A stretch of 64,000 bases of DNA from IMG/VR virus record IMGVR_UViG_3300047678_000094, positions 1 through 64,000 of that record. One strand, written 5' to 3'. This document shows positions 35,001-46,035 of the stretch, in pieces. Within the stretch, counting starts at the first letter, position 1, and every line of letters begins with the position of its first letter. The position numbers were made by a program, and so were the translations under genes. The notes under the pieces are model-generated. The model worked only from the letters and a program-made list of their open reading frames with translations. It searched no databases and had not been told where the DNA came from. This DNA comes from a virus.

Positions 35001-37295
35001 AATCACAGCTTTATCGGAAGTCCTACGTATTTCGCTAACGGAACAAATGGGACTGTCGACATCTCAAATGAATTCTATATTGACCACAGACAAAACGAAG
35101 ACTACCTAGACATATCTTATCTAGTACGTAAACCAAATCTGCCTGCGCTATCAAACAACGATGTTCTACTTGTGAAATTTGACGCCTTCACATCAACAGC
35201 TGGTGTGAAGTCTAAGGACTCATACAACATCACTGATGGTGTGACAGTTGCTACTATGGGTAACACATCCATCAACACTCTTGAGATCCCGGAAGTTTGG
35301 GGTATCAATGGTGAGTATTATGACCTACGTGATCAATTTGACTTCCGCCCATCAGTAGCAAACACCATCCCGCTGATCTCAGAGGCATCAAACACTTCTA
35401 TTTTGAACCCAGAATTACCTGCTTCTAAGTTCACAGCATCTGATAAGAAATTCCCAATTTCAGATTCGGATCTAATAGCTAACGTGTCCTATTACCAAGG
35501 TCGCACTGATCGTGTGATCGTGGACGTCTATGGAACTATAGACGTGATCCGAGGGTACGACGGTAGAACTGAGCCGCCACCCCCACCAAACGACTCAGTC
35601 ACTCTTCAATTGCTTGAAGTGCCGCCGTACCCATCACTACCTAAGTCGATGACTCCAGCAGTTATTGCTCTGGCAGATACACAGGTCTACAACGGAAAAG
35701 GTTCAAGACGTATCTTCGAATACACCGTTGGAACGCCAATCGACTCCAACCAACGCGAGCGTCTGCAGATCCGTAACTACAAGATGGAAGACATCGCTTC
35801 AATCGAACAGCGCGTGTCTGATCTTGAGTACTATGTGTCATACACTCTCGCAGAAACTGTGGCTAAGGCTCGCTTCATCCCATCTTCATTGGATGGTGGT
35901 GTTGATCGATACAAAGTAGGGTTCTTCGTAGATCCGTTCACGAACTATAACTTCGCTGAAACGCAAGACCCCGAGTTCTACGCTACGATCGAAGACGATC
36001 AGCTGACAACTCACATCAACGAAACAATTCTAGAGTTCCGTCACGAAACAGCTCCAGGTGGTGGTGAGTCTATGGCAACACTAGACTACGTTGAAGTAAC
36101 AGCTTTCAAACAGCTTGATGCAACAAACGGACCTCTGATTGCAGTTACTGCTAATACCGTAACACCTAACACAACACCAGTTGTTCCAAGTCAGAATACA
36201 GAAACCGTTACTATCACAACGGTTACCCAGCAAATTACTTCTGAGAACAAAGTCAACAAGTCAACAGCTTGGGGTAATGGTACTGTCTACGAAGACTGGA
36301 CATTCACTATGTCCGCCCTAACAGGACCAGTTGAGATTTATGCCAACCATCGCGGATTGTATAATGCATTCGCGGTCTACCAATCTGAAACACCAGAAGG
36401 CCCATGGGTAGAAAAAATAAACTCGAACGCAGGTTCTGGTGTTTCTAATGCAGATATCAACACTAAAGGTATCGCGAATCTCGAGATGGGGTTTGGCTTC
36501 TACAAACCAGGCGTAACATTCCGCGACTCAAGCGTGGTTCCGGGAACTTCAATTTACTGGTTCCGCGAACACCAGAAGATTCTCTTCACTCACGATCCAG
36601 CTGATGGTATCTACTACATGGTACGTGTCTACAAGGGTCGTAACAGAGATCGTACACCATACGGTAACTACGAGTACAAGATCTTCTACCCAACAGACTC
36701 AATTTCTAGCCGTACAATCACAACCAACAGCCCAGATACCTACGTATACGTTGGTGAGGTTGTTGACATTAACCCACGTAACATCTCAGTTGGTGGATCA
36801 AATATTGACGATCCTAGAAACTACCAAGTCTGGACTTCAGTTGGTATTAAAGGCTACACATCTGATGCGCAGCTTATCAACAACTCTAACCAGTCTTATT
36901 GGTACACAACAGGTAGCAAGCACCGTATCTCTATTATCGGCCTGAAACCAAACACCGTTCACACGTTTACGTTCGATGGTGTTCTATCAACAGATAAGTG
37001 CACTCAGATCCGTACAACCACAGATAACACATCAGGACTGAAATCTGATGCTAATGGTACTCTGTCGTTCGACTTCTACAACGATCTTCAAGTGGATTGG
37101 GAAACAATCCTGACTAACTTCGCTCAAGATCAAATACGTTCTGGATCTACACCAGGGAATAAGTCTTTCACGGTAGCAAGTAGTGATGGAAGTTCAATCG
37201 CATCTGGTGTTATTGGTATTTCGCCTTGGCTTAGTTTCCCACAAATAAGTATTGATTACAATGAGATCTCAAGAGGGCTTCAGATCTTCCAATAA
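32061..37295 (+). CDS. large virion structural protein (DUF4815/VrlC-like)
   Basis: PYYNDFD..K.YQQILFKPG.AVQARELNQ.Q, NYAAPGADRL, RTYEESGNY and Y.MEDI..IEQRV..LEYY motifs. Confidence 0.8.
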   Translation: MPLQTDLNQAPYYNDFDPAKGYQQILFKPGVAVQARELNQYQSMLQNQIEKFGDNIFRRGTIIEGCGLTYFPVFPYVKLKDAEVDGTPVNVSSYRGLYAKNSDGLEALIVTSVDGFESQSPDLNTIYVKYTNSGNDGNTSVFSANQVLTIYDKGYPIFSYDINDGSSGFSNSDSVVVVSSLEIQNSTGGSTFPSGAWDVGHVIQNNVANLTIVEANSTANSTALILRVKPLAADLKLANSVLWTFNAGDTIRNATTANTANVAGIVGVNAAGSLVTDSLGKILSIAVTNYGSGYYVPPYVTVSIASNSSITTGQVNQLDVDAFNYRTTVSVADSARLPIGTGYGLKIAPGVVYQKGFFSRVLEQTVIVNKYSNTDFDYVVGFTTEEEVVTSDVDETLLDNATGTYNYAAPGADRLQLNPTLVVLKPAEAVANTDFLSIIEFTDGNPFRQRTQTVYSTIGDEMAKRTYEESGNYVINQFLVLPKDDSTLANTANTFQIIVDPGVAYIKGYRVATTGNFTKNVNKGSNTVNVPAATSRVAYGSYIKINNVGGIFRFNYGDTVSLYDTAKTYLSGIGTGSNAITAPSGNVIGTARMRGLLPGDNAGEYHLYLFDIKMSAGKNFVDTRSVYYNNTLVAVADTVLQSNNTLLLDTGSGFNGLLVKNHKATAAANSITYTYRTFDTSKTANSTGYATITPGGGQAFPYSGTLTTPERKEFLVVPKGNYQAQVNAAGTVTFTSTTANVTGSGTSFLTAYRAGDYVKVANSTANAVARVLNVSNNTFMTLTANASLTIANQSCLYYPNNVPLALTRDGRSVVVESNGSITIFIGNTVANTAGSAASMDVAIAYNIKDIEINPDAKTIKRGIYARIKTSNNYAGSVGPWPLGASDVFRMRQVLQANGASLTLSVNSETAVANSTDFITVSDNKFANGDSLLYSNTTGAVIVGLANNTTYYAVDANTTGFKLAATRNGSAIGLTAVSGGGNHSFIGSPTYFANGTNGTVDISNEFYIDHRQNEDYLDISYLVRKPNLPALSNNDVLLVKFDAFTSTAGVKSKDSYNITDGVTVATMGNTSINTLEIPEVWGINGEYYDLRDQFDFRPSVANTIPLISEASNTSILNPELPASKFTASDKKFPISDSDLIANVSYYQGRTDRVIVDVYGTIDVIRGYDGRTEPPPPPNDSVTLQLLEVPPYPSLPKSMTPAVIALADTQVYNGKGSRRIFEYTVGTPIDSNQRERLQIRNYKMEDIASIEQRVSDLEYYVSYTLAETVAKARFIPSSLDGGVDRYKVGFFVDPFTNYNFAETQDPEFYATIEDDQLTTHINETILEFRHETAPGGGESMATLDYVEVTAFKQLDATNGPLIAVTANTVTPNTTPVVPSQNTETVTITTVTQQITSENKVNKSTAWGNGTVYEDWTFTMSALTGPVEIYANHRGLYNAFAVYQSETPEGPWVEKINSNAGSGVSNADINTKGIANLEMGFGFYKPGVTFRDSSVVPGTSIYWFREHQKILFTHDPADGIYYMVRVYKGRNRDRTPYGNYEYKIFYPTDSISSRTITTNSPDTYVYVGEVVDINPRNISVGGSNIDDPRNYQVWTSVGIKGYTSDAQLINNSNQSYWYTTGSKHRISIIGLKPNTVHTFTFDGVLSTDKCTQIRTTTDNTSGLKSDANGTLSFDFYNDLQVDWETILTNFAQDQIRSGSTPGNKSFTVASSDGSSIASGVIGISPWLSFPQISIDYNEISRGLQIFQ

Positions 37296-37323
37296 ATACC
37301 TTGAACTAGGATAAGAGAAACAT

Positions 37324-39459
37324 ATGACGGCTCTCTACAATTACATTCAAACCTTCTTCGGTGATTACGAAGCAGTAAACAAGTCCCCTGAGTTCATGGT
37401 GACTTCGATTGACCTGTTTTTCAAATCAAAACCGTATGCAGATAACAACACATCTGGGGCCTCTAAGCCTCAGGTGACGATGTGGTTGTGTGAAATTGAC
37501 AACAACGTTCCAAATCCCGACAAGAAAATCAAAGACTCAACAACCTGGGCTGATTGGGATGAAATTGCTTGCTCAACTAACGCAACAGCTTCGACAACCT
37601 TCTCTTTCCGCAACCCAGTTCTACTGAAATCTAACACACCTTATGGAATCGTTCTGAAATTCCAAGACAGCGGGTTTATTCTCTGGGAAAACGTTCGCGG
37701 GGACGCTCTTGTCCGTGAAACAGGAACGACTCAGATCGCATCAACAGGCTCACAGAGCACAACGGACGGCTCTCTGTTCAAATCAGTGTCTCCAGGGTCT
37801 GATGCGATCCGTTATGCGGACCGTGACCTTAAATATGAGATCAAAGTCGCGAAATTTACCGGTGCGAACACGACAGTTTACGTTGTCAACAAGGATTATG
37901 AGTTCTTCACGATCAACACGATCGTCGGCGGGTTCATTCCAGGCGAAGTTGTCTATAAACAGACGGCAAACGCTACTGGAAACATCGCATTTAGCTCTTC
38001 TAACAATTATGTGAGGGGTACAGGAACGATTTTCCAGAATATGTACGAGGGGCAACAAATTATCATCGACAACGGGTCTGCGAATGACTCTGTGACCGTG
38101 AAATCGATCGTTTCTAACACTGAAATGTACATTGAACGTCCTGTCAACTTTGAAGGACCAGGAAATTACAAGTCTCCAGTCGCAGGTAGGGTTTTCAAGT
38201 ATTCCGCACCTTCTAAGACGCTGCATCTTGTTGATTCAAACGCATCAAATAGCACATTCAAGTTTGCTGCCGGAGATACTTTGGTTGGAGAGCGTTCAGG
38301 AACGACAGCCAACCTAGTTTCTCTCGATAGATACTCTGTCGACAGCTTTGTACCTAAGTTCACCCTCAATGGTCCGGTTGCCGGTGCGTTTGAGCTCAGC
38401 TACAAGATTGCTACTGGAGCTAACACGCTCCAATCCGCATACACAAGCTTCAGTCTCAACGATATCAATCGTGTTGGCCAAGTATCATATATTCTGTCGC
38501 GTTCGCAAGAAGTTGAGGGAAGCTCCCTCTACGGAACAGACAAAAAGTCGATTGTGGCGAAAATAGACCTACAGCTTACCGGTACAGGTAACGCTTTCAC
38601 CGCACCATTCATCGACTGTGATGATCTTGATCTAATTGTCAAGAAACATGAAGTGAACAACACATATCTAGAAGATCGTGTCTACGTTTCAAGCGCCAAC
38701 ACTTCATACTCATACACTATTGAAGATTACGACACTGAAATCGATCGCAATGGTCTAGCTGACTCTAAGTACATCTCAAAGAAGGTTACTTACGCCCCAG
38801 GTGTGTATGCTGAAGACTTAAAGGTATTCCTTGCAGCTTACAGACCAGTTGGAACGGAAGTTCGCGTGTATGCGAAAATGCACAATTCCGCTGACGTTGA
38901 GCCGTTCGATATTAAAGCTTGGACGCCTCTGGTTCTCGAACAGAACAACGCCAAGTATTCTGCAGAGAATGATATAAGCGATTTGATCGAGTATACCTAT
39001 GGACTACCACAATATCCAGAGATGATGTCTGCTCATGGGGAAAGTAACCTTGCGGAATATGGTAACACAGTTATTCTGACCCCGTCTTCATTGGTATCTG
39101 TGATTCAGGAAGATGATTTGATCCGCATCTACAAGCCTGACTTCGCAGAAACAAACCATGAGGTATACTCAGTAATTTCATCCAACACAACAGCAATTGT
39201 TGTGAACCGTGCAATTAGAAACACTGATATCGTTAATGGTCTCGGCCAACCTGCTGTGGCCGTTGGTATTGAGAAACTCAAGTACAAAAATATCGCATTC
39301 AACAACCTCGCGAATGATAACGTAGCCCGTTACTACACATCATCTAGAACAGAATTCGACAACTTCAATACAATGCAAATTAAGATTGTTCTTCTATCTG
39401 ATGCCTCAAACAAGAATCCACGCGTTGAACAAATCCAGGCAGTTGGGGTGAGTGCTTAA
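37324..39459 (+). CDS. virion structural protein (resembles the C-terminal part of DUF4815-type proteins)
   Basis: QTF...VTSIDLFFKSK, SKYISKKV, DLKVFLAAYRP and MQIKIVL motifs. Confidence 0.7.
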   Translation: MTALYNYIQTFFGDYEAVNKSPEFMVTSIDLFFKSKPYADNNTSGASKPQVTMWLCEIDNNVPNPDKKIKDSTTWADWDEIACSTNATASTTFSFRNPVLLKSNTPYGIVLKFQDSGFILWENVRGDALVRETGTTQIASTGSQSTTDGSLFKSVSPGSDAIRYADRDLKYEIKVAKFTGANTTVYVVNKDYEFFTINTIVGGFIPGEVVYKQTANATGNIAFSSSNNYVRGTGTIFQNMYEGQQIIIDNGSANDSVTVKSIVSNTEMYIERPVNFEGPGNYKSPVAGRVFKYSAPSKTLHLVDSNASNSTFKFAAGDTLVGERSGTTANLVSLDRYSVDSFVPKFTLNGPVAGAFELSYKIATGANTLQSAYTSFSLNDINRVGQVSYILSRSQEVEGSSLYGTDKKSIVAKIDLQLTGTGNAFTAPFIDCDDLDLIVKKHEVNNTYLEDRVYVSSANTSYSYTIEDYDTEIDRNGLADSKYISKKVTYAPGVYAEDLKVFLAAYRPVGTEVRVYAKMHNSADVEPFDIKAWTPLVLEQNNAKYSAENDISDLIEYTYGLPQYPEMMSAHGESNLAEYGNTVILTPSSLVSVIQEDDLIRIYKPDFAETNHEVYSVISSNTTAIVVNRAIRNTDIVNGLGQPAVAVGIEKLKYKNIAFNNLANDNVARYYTSSRTEFDNFNTMQIKIVLLSDASNKNPRVEQIQAVGVSA

Positions 39460-39656
39460 TGGATGTATTCGTTAGGGCAAAAGATACTGGCGCGATCATA
39501 AATACGAATGCTAAAGAATTATATGCGATAAAGAAAAAGCGTGAGGAAGCGAAGCAAACAAAAGAGACGCTCAAACGTCTTGATACTCTAGAGAATGAAG
39601 TAAGAGAACTGAAGGAGCTAATTAGAGGGCTCACAAAAGGGACGGTAGATGTCTGA
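39459..39656 (+). CDS. small conserved coiled-coil protein
   Basis: VR...TGAIINTN...LENEVRELKELI pattern, typical at this locus in T4-like phages. Confidence 0.7.
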   Translation: MDVFVRAKDTGAIINTNAKELYAIKKKREEAKQTKETLKRLDTLENEVRELKELIRGLTKGTVDV

Positions 39657-40794
39657 AGCTATTGCAAACGTTAACATTCTAGCCGACTCTTTCGAGGGTT
39701 GGCTAAATCGACATAACCAAATGTCGTATCTAATGTCCTATTCGGTCATTACCGCCAACGTGAGCGGTGCAAACACAGGTAACTCTACAGTCTCACGTAT
39801 CTCTCAACTCTGGGGAACATTCGGAGCTAACACGCTCGTTGCCACAAATGGACTTCGTGGTGGTAACGTATCTACAGTGAACGCTCTTCCTGTAGTTGCA
39901 AACCTGGAAGTTTACATCGCTGCAGCAGCAGGGGCCAACGTTCCGGTTTTAAAGGTTGGTAACTCCTCAGTAATTACCACAATTGATCTCTATGGATTAA
40001 GAGCTGGTAACGGAACTTCCAACACAGTCATCAGCAACAGTTCTATTATATCGCAATCTAATGCGACTGTCAAGTCAATTATCACTCCAACAGAAATAAA
40101 TGTTGCGAATGGTGCTGTAAACGCTTCAATGACGCCAATCGGCTTTACAGCTGGTACTACAGGGGCAAACCAGACCCATATTTACAACGGCGCAAATGTA
40201 GTCATCAACAACAGTTCGGTAACTGTCGGAAACGCGACTTTAAACGCTGTTTTAACCTCGCAAGAACTCCTTATTTCAAACGGTTCTTCGTCATCTTCTG
40301 TAAGAAAAGATGGGATCACTACAACAGGAACTCTGAATGTTTCGAGTAACGCTACCTTCCTCGGTCCAGTCTCTTCTAACTCGACTGTGTCTCTTGCAAA
40401 TACGCTTTCCGTCGCTGGAGCGGCTTCTGTAAACAACACCCTCACAATCAAGACAGATTACACCTTTGATGTTGGATCAAACACAAACGTCGGCGCGAAT
40501 GTTACCGCTCCTCAGTTAGTCTACAGATTTCCAAAAGCAGATTTCTCATCAGCGAAACTTACCGTTCAGGTAAAAAACGGCACAAACACTCAATTATCTG
40601 AAATCGTCATCGCCCACAACTCAACAAACGCATACCTCACCGTATACGGTACAGTAAGCTCACCACCAAGTGGGAATTCTTCTCCATTGCTCGCAACATT
40701 CGAGGCGAACCTAAATAGTGCAAACGTTGAACTTCTTATTATTCAAACTCAGGCGAATTCCGCAGTGAAGATCGCCGGACACCTAATTAAGTAA
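39649..40794 (+). CDS. Asn/Ser/Thr-rich fibre/virion protein
   Basis: [12 protein letters not shown]-terminus, beta-rich body, and a SAKL.VQ...SEI...H....Y...YG C-terminal domain. Confidence 0.65.
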   Translation: MSEAIANVNILADSFEGWLNRHNQMSYLMSYSVITANVSGANTGNSTVSRISQLWGTFGANTLVATNGLRGGNVSTVNALPVVANLEVYIAAAAGANVPVLKVGNSSVITTIDLYGLRAGNGTSNTVISNSSIISQSNATVKSIITPTEINVANGAVNASMTPIGFTAGTTGANQTHIYNGANVVINNSSVTVGNATLNAVLTSQELLISNGSSSSSVRKDGITTTGTLNVSSNATFLGPVSSNSTVSLANTLSVAGAASVNNTLTIKTDYTFDVGSNTNVGANVTAPQLVYRFPKADFSSAKLTVQVKNGTNTQLSEIVIAHNSTNAYLTVYGTVSSPPSGNSSPLLATFEANLNSANVELLIIQTQANSAVKIAGHLIK

Positions 40795-40802
40795 GGGAAC
40801 GT

Positions 40803-42215
40803 ATGGCCGACTCCAGGTTCAAAGCAGATAAAGGTCTCCGTGTAAGCGGAGACACAGCCATATTCGACACAAACTCCGCGTTTATTGCAAATGTAGATGT
40901 GGTCGGTACAGTGTCTGTTAACGGCGCAATTATTCCAGGTGCAAATGATACGATGACGATTGGTTCGACCAATCGTCGAGTAGCATCCATCAACCTCACA
41001 ACACTATTTGTTGCAAATAGTACTACCGTTCCAAATCTTACCGCAAATAACGCTGACACCGTTTATGGTCTCACAACAGCAGGATTTGTAGCTGTTATTG
41101 GATTGGCTAACGGTGTGTCGCGTGTGTTTATGGGTTCGAACACAGTTACAGTTACCAACGGTAACGGAACCAACGGCAACCCAACATTCTCTATTCCAAT
41201 TCAAGGTGGATTGTTTGCGAACACCACTGGCGTGTACGTTAATGCTGAATCAATCCCAGTAGGAACATTGCCGATTGCTCGTGGTGGTACTGGTGGTAAC
41301 ACACAGCAACTAGCGGCTCGTGGTGTTCTCCCACCACAAACAGGAAACAGTGGAAAATTCCTGAAGACAGATGGTTCAGATTCTACTTGGGAAACCGGTC
41401 CAGTAGGTTACACAGGTTCGCAAGGTGCTATTGGTTACACAGGTTCACAGGGCCCAGCAGGTCCTGCTTCTACACAAGGCTATACTGGATCTATAGGTGC
41501 CACCGGCCCAACAGGTCCTACCGGACCAGCAGGACCAACAGGCCCACAAGGTTCAACCGGATTTACTGGATCTATCGGCGCAACTGGTCCAGCAGGACCA
41601 ACAGGCCCAGCAGGACCAACTGGCGCAGCAGGCCCAACAGGACCAACTGGTTTAACCGGTCCAACGGGACCAATCGGATACACCGGTTCTCTTGGCGCTA
41701 CAGGACCGACAGGACCGACAGGATCTACTGGTCCAACAGGCCCTTCAGGACTAACCGGACCAGCAGGACCAACGGGTGCTACGGGGCCTACTGGATCTAC
41801 GGGACCAACAGGCCCTAGCGGACCAACAGGTCCACAAGGTTCAACCGGATTTACTGGATCTATCGGAGCTACAGGCCCAACCGGAGCAGGTGGACCAACC
41901 GGGTCAGCTGGTCCAACCGGACCCACCGGCCCAACAGGCCCATCAGGTCTAACAGGATACACAGGATCTATTGGAGCCATAGGCCCAACAGGCCCAACAG
42001 GTCCAACAGGATTTACTGGATCTATCGGAGCTACAGGTCCAACAGGCCCAACAGGCCCAACAGGTCCAACAGGATTTACTGGATCTATCGGAGCTACAGG
42101 TCCAACCGGACCTACTGGTGCAACCGGTCCTACCGGTCCAACTGGTGCTACGGTTTACACGCAATCAGGCAACCCAGGAGCGGCACCTACAGGTTCTATC
42201 TGGATACAAATCTAA
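40803..42215 (+). CDS. collagen-like fibre protein
   Basis: LPIARGGTG and GKFLKTDG fibre motifs followed by ~250 aa of Gly-X-Y repeats. Confidence 0.85.
   Translation: MADSRFKADKGLRVSGDTAIFDTNSAFIANVDVVGTVSVNGAIIPGANDTMTIGSTNRRVASINLTTLFVANSTTVPNLTANNADTVYGLTTAGFVAVIGLANGVSRVFMGSNTVTVTNGNGTNGNPTFSIPIQGGLFANTTGVYVNAESIPVGTLPIARGGTGGNTQQLAARGVLPPQTGNSGKFLKTDGSDSTWETGPVGYTGSQGAIGYTGSQGPAGPASTQGYTGSIGATGPTGPTGPAGPTGPQGSTGFTGSIGATGPAGPTGPAGPTGAAGPTGPTGLTGPTGPIGYTGSLGATGPTGPTGSTGPTGPSGLTGPAGPTGATGPTGSTGPTGPSGPTGPQGSTGFTGSIGATGPTGAGGPTGSAGPTGPTGPTGPSGLTGYTGSIGAIGPTGPTGPTGFTGSIGATGPTGPTGPTGPTGFTGSIGATGPTGPTGATGPTGPTGATVYTQSGNPGAAPTGSIWIQI
41397..42150 (+). repeat. collagen Gly-X-Y repeat (GPT-dominated, with periodic G[YF]TGSIGAT)
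   Basis: Direct translation; 9-nt ggNccaacN periodicity. Confidence 0.95.
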
Positions 42216-42766
42216 TGCCTAGTTTCAAATTATCAACGAAGGGTTATACTGGCGGGAGTTGGCAAGGCCCAGGTACAAGTTTGTACACTTATAGAAGTGG
42301 ATCATGGCAAGTACCAGACAACGCTTTCTACTACAGTGGTAGCGCATGGGTAAGATTTTTTGGCGATGATGTCTTATTCAACCACGGAAATTTGTCTATT
42401 CGTGGAGTTGGATATGATGAATTGCAAGGTGGAGAAGGTGGTGATCCATTTTGGCTACATTTTTATGGTTCAGGACGTTATACTCTCAAAACAGATGGAA
42501 CAGTGGAATATGAAGGATTAGGAACAACGGGTTCTACTCCTGGATCAACCTCAGGTACTTGGGCTGAAGCTGGTATAACTTCTTCTTTGTATGAGGTTCA
42601 ATGGAACCAAGCTGGATATGGTGCAACTTGGTATGATCTTGCGGGACAAATTGATTTTCTTGTCAATGAAGGTAACTATGGTGATTATTCTGGTACGCTT
42701 CAAATTAGACACAAAGAATCTCAAATTGTTGTTTCATCATTTACTCTAGCCATAAACGTGGATTAA
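42215..42766 (+). CDS. putative fibre-tip adhesin
   Basis: Follows the collagen fibre; three spaced Trp at the N-terminus; C-terminal domain similar to ORF 51496. Confidence 0.5.
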   Translation: MPSFKLSTKGYTGGSWQGPGTSLYTYRSGSWQVPDNAFYYSGSAWVRFFGDDVLFNHGNLSIRGVGYDELQGGEGGDPFWLHFYGSGRYTLKTDGTVEYEGLGTTGSTPGSTSGTWAEAGITSSLYEVQWNQAGYGATWYDLAGQIDFLVNEGNYGDYSGTLQIRHKESQIVVSSFTLAINVD

Positions 42767-42768
42767 AA

Positions 42769-43104
42769 ATGGCAGCTAAAGCAAACATAGTAATTGATCA
42801 GGGCGCAAATCTATTATTCACTGTTATAGTAACAGATGTTGATGGAATCGCATTAGATCTTACAGGCTACACTGGTGCTGCTAAGATGCGGAAGGAGTAC
42901 ACTTCTTCTAACGCTGCTGCTACCTTTACTGTCGTTATCACAGCAGGTGATGGTCAAGTAGACTTGTCTTTAACAGCGGTACAGACAGCAAATATCACAG
43001 CTGGTGAGTATGTGTATGATTGTGAGCTAACGAAGACATCTTCCAACACAACATCTAGAATTGTTGAAGGTAGAGCTACGGTTACACCTGAAGTAACGAG
43101 ATAA
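42769..43104 (+). CDS. Ig-like/BppU-like small virion protein
   Basis: NIVIDQGA, DLTGYT..AKMRK, YVYD and RIVEG..TV.PEVT motifs. Confidence 0.7.
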   Translation: MAAKANIVIDQGANLLFTVIVTDVDGIALDLTGYTGAAKMRKEYTSSNAAATFTVVITAGDGQVDLSLTAVQTANITAGEYVYDCELTKTSSNTTSRIVEGRATVTPEVTR

Positions 43105-43106
43105 GT

Positions 43107-43313
43107 GTGTATACCTCAAACACCATAACGATAATGGTAACGAACAACGGCGGTTTACTAATACCGGCTGTTGGTGAGACATCTGTTAGAATTAAAGTGG
43201 TAGAGAATAATGGTTTGTTACAAGCAGCTAATTCCATGATAACCAAACATATCACGACTGCAGAATTGCCGGTAAGACAGCAAACAGTAAGGGTTCCCAG
43301 GGAACCCCTCTAG
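43107..43313 (+). CDS. hypothetical protein
   Basis: GTG-start ORF with an internal NNG.L repeat. Confidence 0.4.
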   Translation: MYTSNTITIMVTNNGGLLIPAVGETSVRIKVVENNGLLQAANSMITKHITTAELPVRQQTVRVPREPL

Positions 43314-45955
43314 TTTTCTATTCTATAAACGCTTTGGCCGTAGTGGTCGCATCTGATACTAGGATCAACGAAAATTCTATATCCCACAGCCCGAGCTTTT
43401 TGACAAAAATCGACATCTTCACTAAGTGAATCCTCAGCTTTGATAGCCCTGTGGTAATCAAACTGAGGATATCCTATTTTGCGAAGAACATCTACCTTAA
43501 TCAGAGCACAACCAAGTCCAACAGCACCAACCTCAAATAAATTTGGTGATGGAAACGCTTTAGTACTGTAGTAGGGGGTGTAGTCCATCTTGAAAACTTC
43601 AAGGACCTGGCTTGGTTTGCGCTGACGATAGATTCCTCCGACAACATCTTTACCATGATTTATCAAACGTGCCACGGTCGTTGGTGCAAAGGCAATGTCG
43701 TGATCAACACACATTAGATAATCATAATTGTTCTCTATCGCATAGTTCGCGATGAGATTCCTGACTTGATCTACATTGTATCCGTAGAAGTATTGGAAGT
43801 CCATCACAACACCGCCTGGTGTTACTTGTTCGTAAATTGATTTGAATGTTTCCGGTTCAATGTATCTTGCCGTTGGAATTGCGATCAATAATCTCTTTGG
43901 CATTACGTTCTGCTCCAGTGCCTTCTTAGCGTTACGTGTTTGTTCTTCAGAATTTACCTTGTAGTCGTTCTGAGGATTCAAATCATTATACACAACTTGA
44001 ATTTCCTTTACCGCCACAATCTCATCTGGCTCGCATCTCTCTATCATCTCATAGAACATAGCTGTGTCACCACCAGCCATCATCCATTTACCATCAGCAT
44101 CTTTTAGTTGCTCGCGCCTAATACCCTTGATGAGATTAGAAGAGAAAGTACGAAGATGCGTGTATGGAATATTCCATGGGAATAGGTGTGTTCTATACGA
44201 CTTATTCTCTTTGATGTGTAGAGGATAGTCTTGTGCGATGAGTGGTATGTTGTCAGCCATAGACCAACAGCTACCGTATGTGAACTTCGCACCTTCTTTG
44301 ATGTAGAGATCATTCAAGCGACTGAAGATATAAGGATCGTTCTTGAGTTTGTCATCCCCATCTAGGATGATACAAATCTCACCATTCGGATCCTTACAGA
44401 AGTCGTCGATATTATCCATAATGCGGAGTTGATTTAGTACCGCTCCATCACGCTTTTCTGAAAGATAGAAGAGTTTAATTGTATCAGCGCCAACCCAACC
44501 TAATTCGTCTCGTACTTGACTGATAATTCTTTTAGTATCATCTGTTGATGCGTCATCTGATATGTACATCACATAGTTTGAGTAGTCTTGAGCGGCTACC
44601 GAACGCATACACTCTTCAATGTACCTTTCACCATTACGAACTGTCGTGATGATGTTTATCTTACGTTCTTTGAATTCGGTTCGTTCATAATTGTCTTCTG
44701 GATTTGTCCAGCGACGATTGAATACGCGCTTCACCTTTTGGTTGATAGTTGTTGCGCGACGTTGTTCTTCTACGGGGAGATATCCACCAACCTTACGGTA
44801 GATGTGTTGTTTCCACTGAAGAGCAATGGTATCCCATGTGGCAATGTCTTTGATAACATCACAGTAGTTCTGTTTTTGCATGTAGAGATAAGTGTTCTCG
44901 TAAGCAGCCACTACTGTGTTTACAAAGTTCTCCACTTGCCATTCTTCATTGATATTGGGATACAGAACGTTTGGTGTGGTTGAATAAGGTAACTTGTAGC
45001 ATGCCATATCAATAGCTGTTTCCTCAAGAGCACCAAAGTTCGCGGTAATGACTGGTGTTCTATGGTAGAGAGCTTCAAGCGTTGAGATACCAAACGTTTC
45101 CGGATACTCCGTTGGGTAAAGCATAAACCCAGCTGTCTTAATGATATCCGCTACTATTTCTTGCGTTACGGAACCGGTGAATGTGACATTCAAGTCTGGC
45201 CTTATTTGCATCTTCTCTTTCCACAACTTAACATCTTCACCTTGCTTATCAAGCTTGTCACCAGGGAAATTGTAGTATCCACCAATAATAGTAAGTCGCG
45301 CATCTTGGATACGCGTGCGCACGCGAGGCCAGACTTTCTCAAGTAGCACTCTCATACCTTTGGTGTAAGCGGCATTGAATACAAAGTGGTTGTGATCTCG
45401 TGGAATACTTGATTCTTTTCCGTAATCGTTCACACCATTACGTGTCTGCCAGATTGCTCGTTTGAGCATCTCAAAGTTACGACGATTTCCGGTGTGATCA
45501 CAATTAGTAATGTAGGATGTGTGGAAATCTGATAGAGTCCAGACCTCATCAAGTAATCCATTCACTACCAACGGTTCAATAGAACTATCGTCTACGGTAA
45601 AGGTATCGTGCATCCACAGCACCCTTAGCTTTGCCTTCTTAACGAAATCACCAGCAAAGCTGTTGCAAATAGGATCTGAACTTTCATAGAAGATAGTAGG
45701 CGATCGAACCGATATCACGATATCAGCAGGATTTACAGGACCGTTCTTGACGTTTCTGTATTCTACTCCATTATACCAATCTTCATCTTCTATCTTACAG
45801 TTATTGTAGACTGTAACACCAAAACCGATTTCTTGGAGTTCTCTAGCCATAGAGATAACTGCGGACTCAGAACCACCTAGCCCTCGTTCATTCAGCGTAT
45901 CACCATTATACTCAAGACCGTTTGGGTCAACAAATGCAATTTTCAACGTATTCAT
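43310..45955 (-). CDS. three-domain glycosyltransferase (GT4-like plus two GT2-like domains)
   Basis: GLGGSE...WMHD...ETFGISTLEA (GT-B fold); DDASTD...LDGDD (GT-A fold); RNLIA...VDHD...GLGCALIK...SEDVDFC (GT-A fold). Confidence 0.88.
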   Translation of the reverse strand: MNTLKIAFVDPNGLEYNGDTLNERGLGGSESAVISMARELQEIGFGVTVYNNCKIEDEDWYNGVEYRNVKNGPVNPADIVISVRSPTIFYESSDPICNSFAGDFVKKAKLRVLWMHDTFTVDDSSIEPLVVNGLLDEVWTLSDFHTSYITNCDHTGNRRNFEMLKRAIWQTRNGVNDYGKESSIPRDHNHFVFNAAYTKGMRVLLEKVWPRVRTRIQDARLTIIGGYYNFPGDKLDKQGEDVKLWKEKMQIRPDLNVTFTGSVTQEIVADIIKTAGFMLYPTEYPETFGISTLEALYHRTPVITANFGALEETAIDMACYKLPYSTTPNVLYPNINEEWQVENFVNTVVAAYENTYLYMQKQNYCDVIKDIATWDTIALQWKQHIYRKVGGYLPVEEQRRATTINQKVKRVFNRRWTNPEDNYERTEFKERKINIITTVRNGERYIEECMRSVAAQDYSNYVMYISDDASTDDTKRIISQVRDELGWVGADTIKLFYLSEKRDGAVLNQLRIMDNIDDFCKDPNGEICIILDGDDKLKNDPYIFSRLNDLYIKEGAKFTYGSCWSMADNIPLIAQDYPLHIKENKSYRTHLFPWNIPYTHLRTFSSNLIKGIRREQLKDADGKWMMAGGDTAMFYEMIERCEPDEIVAVKEIQVVYNDLNPQNDYKVNSEEQTRNAKKALEQNVMPKRLLIAIPTARYIEPETFKSIYEQVTPGGVVMDFQYFYGYNVDQVRNLIANYAIENNYDYLMCVDHDIAFAPTTVARLINHGKDVVGGIYRQRKPSQVLEVFKMDYTPYYSTKAFPSPNLFEVGAVGLGCALIKVDVLRKIGYPQFDYHRAIKAEDSLSEDVDFCQKARAVGYRIFVDPSIRCDHYGQSVYRIEN

Positions 45956-45969
45956 TCAAACATCATCCA

Positions 45970-45977
45970 TATAAATA
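45970..45977 (+). promoter_or_regulatory. T4-type late promoter
   Basis: Exact TATAAATA before ORF 46036. Confidence 0.7.
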
Positions 45978-46035
45978 AGGGGTGAACCAATATTCAATAT
46001 TTAGTATACCTTAAAGATAGGCTGAAGTCAAGGAA

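Noticed and set aside
37261-37330. Frameshift or error splitting the DUF4815-like gene
   Set aside because: There is a clean stop, a spacer with AATAAATA and an RBS-like sequence, and an ATG start. This is consistent with two genuine genes.
41480-41980. Minus-strand PVG-repeat ORF and other long antisense ORFs (e.g. 3122-4060, 52762-53409)
   Set aside because: These are shadows of repetitive or codon-biased plus-strand genes and have no independent motifs.
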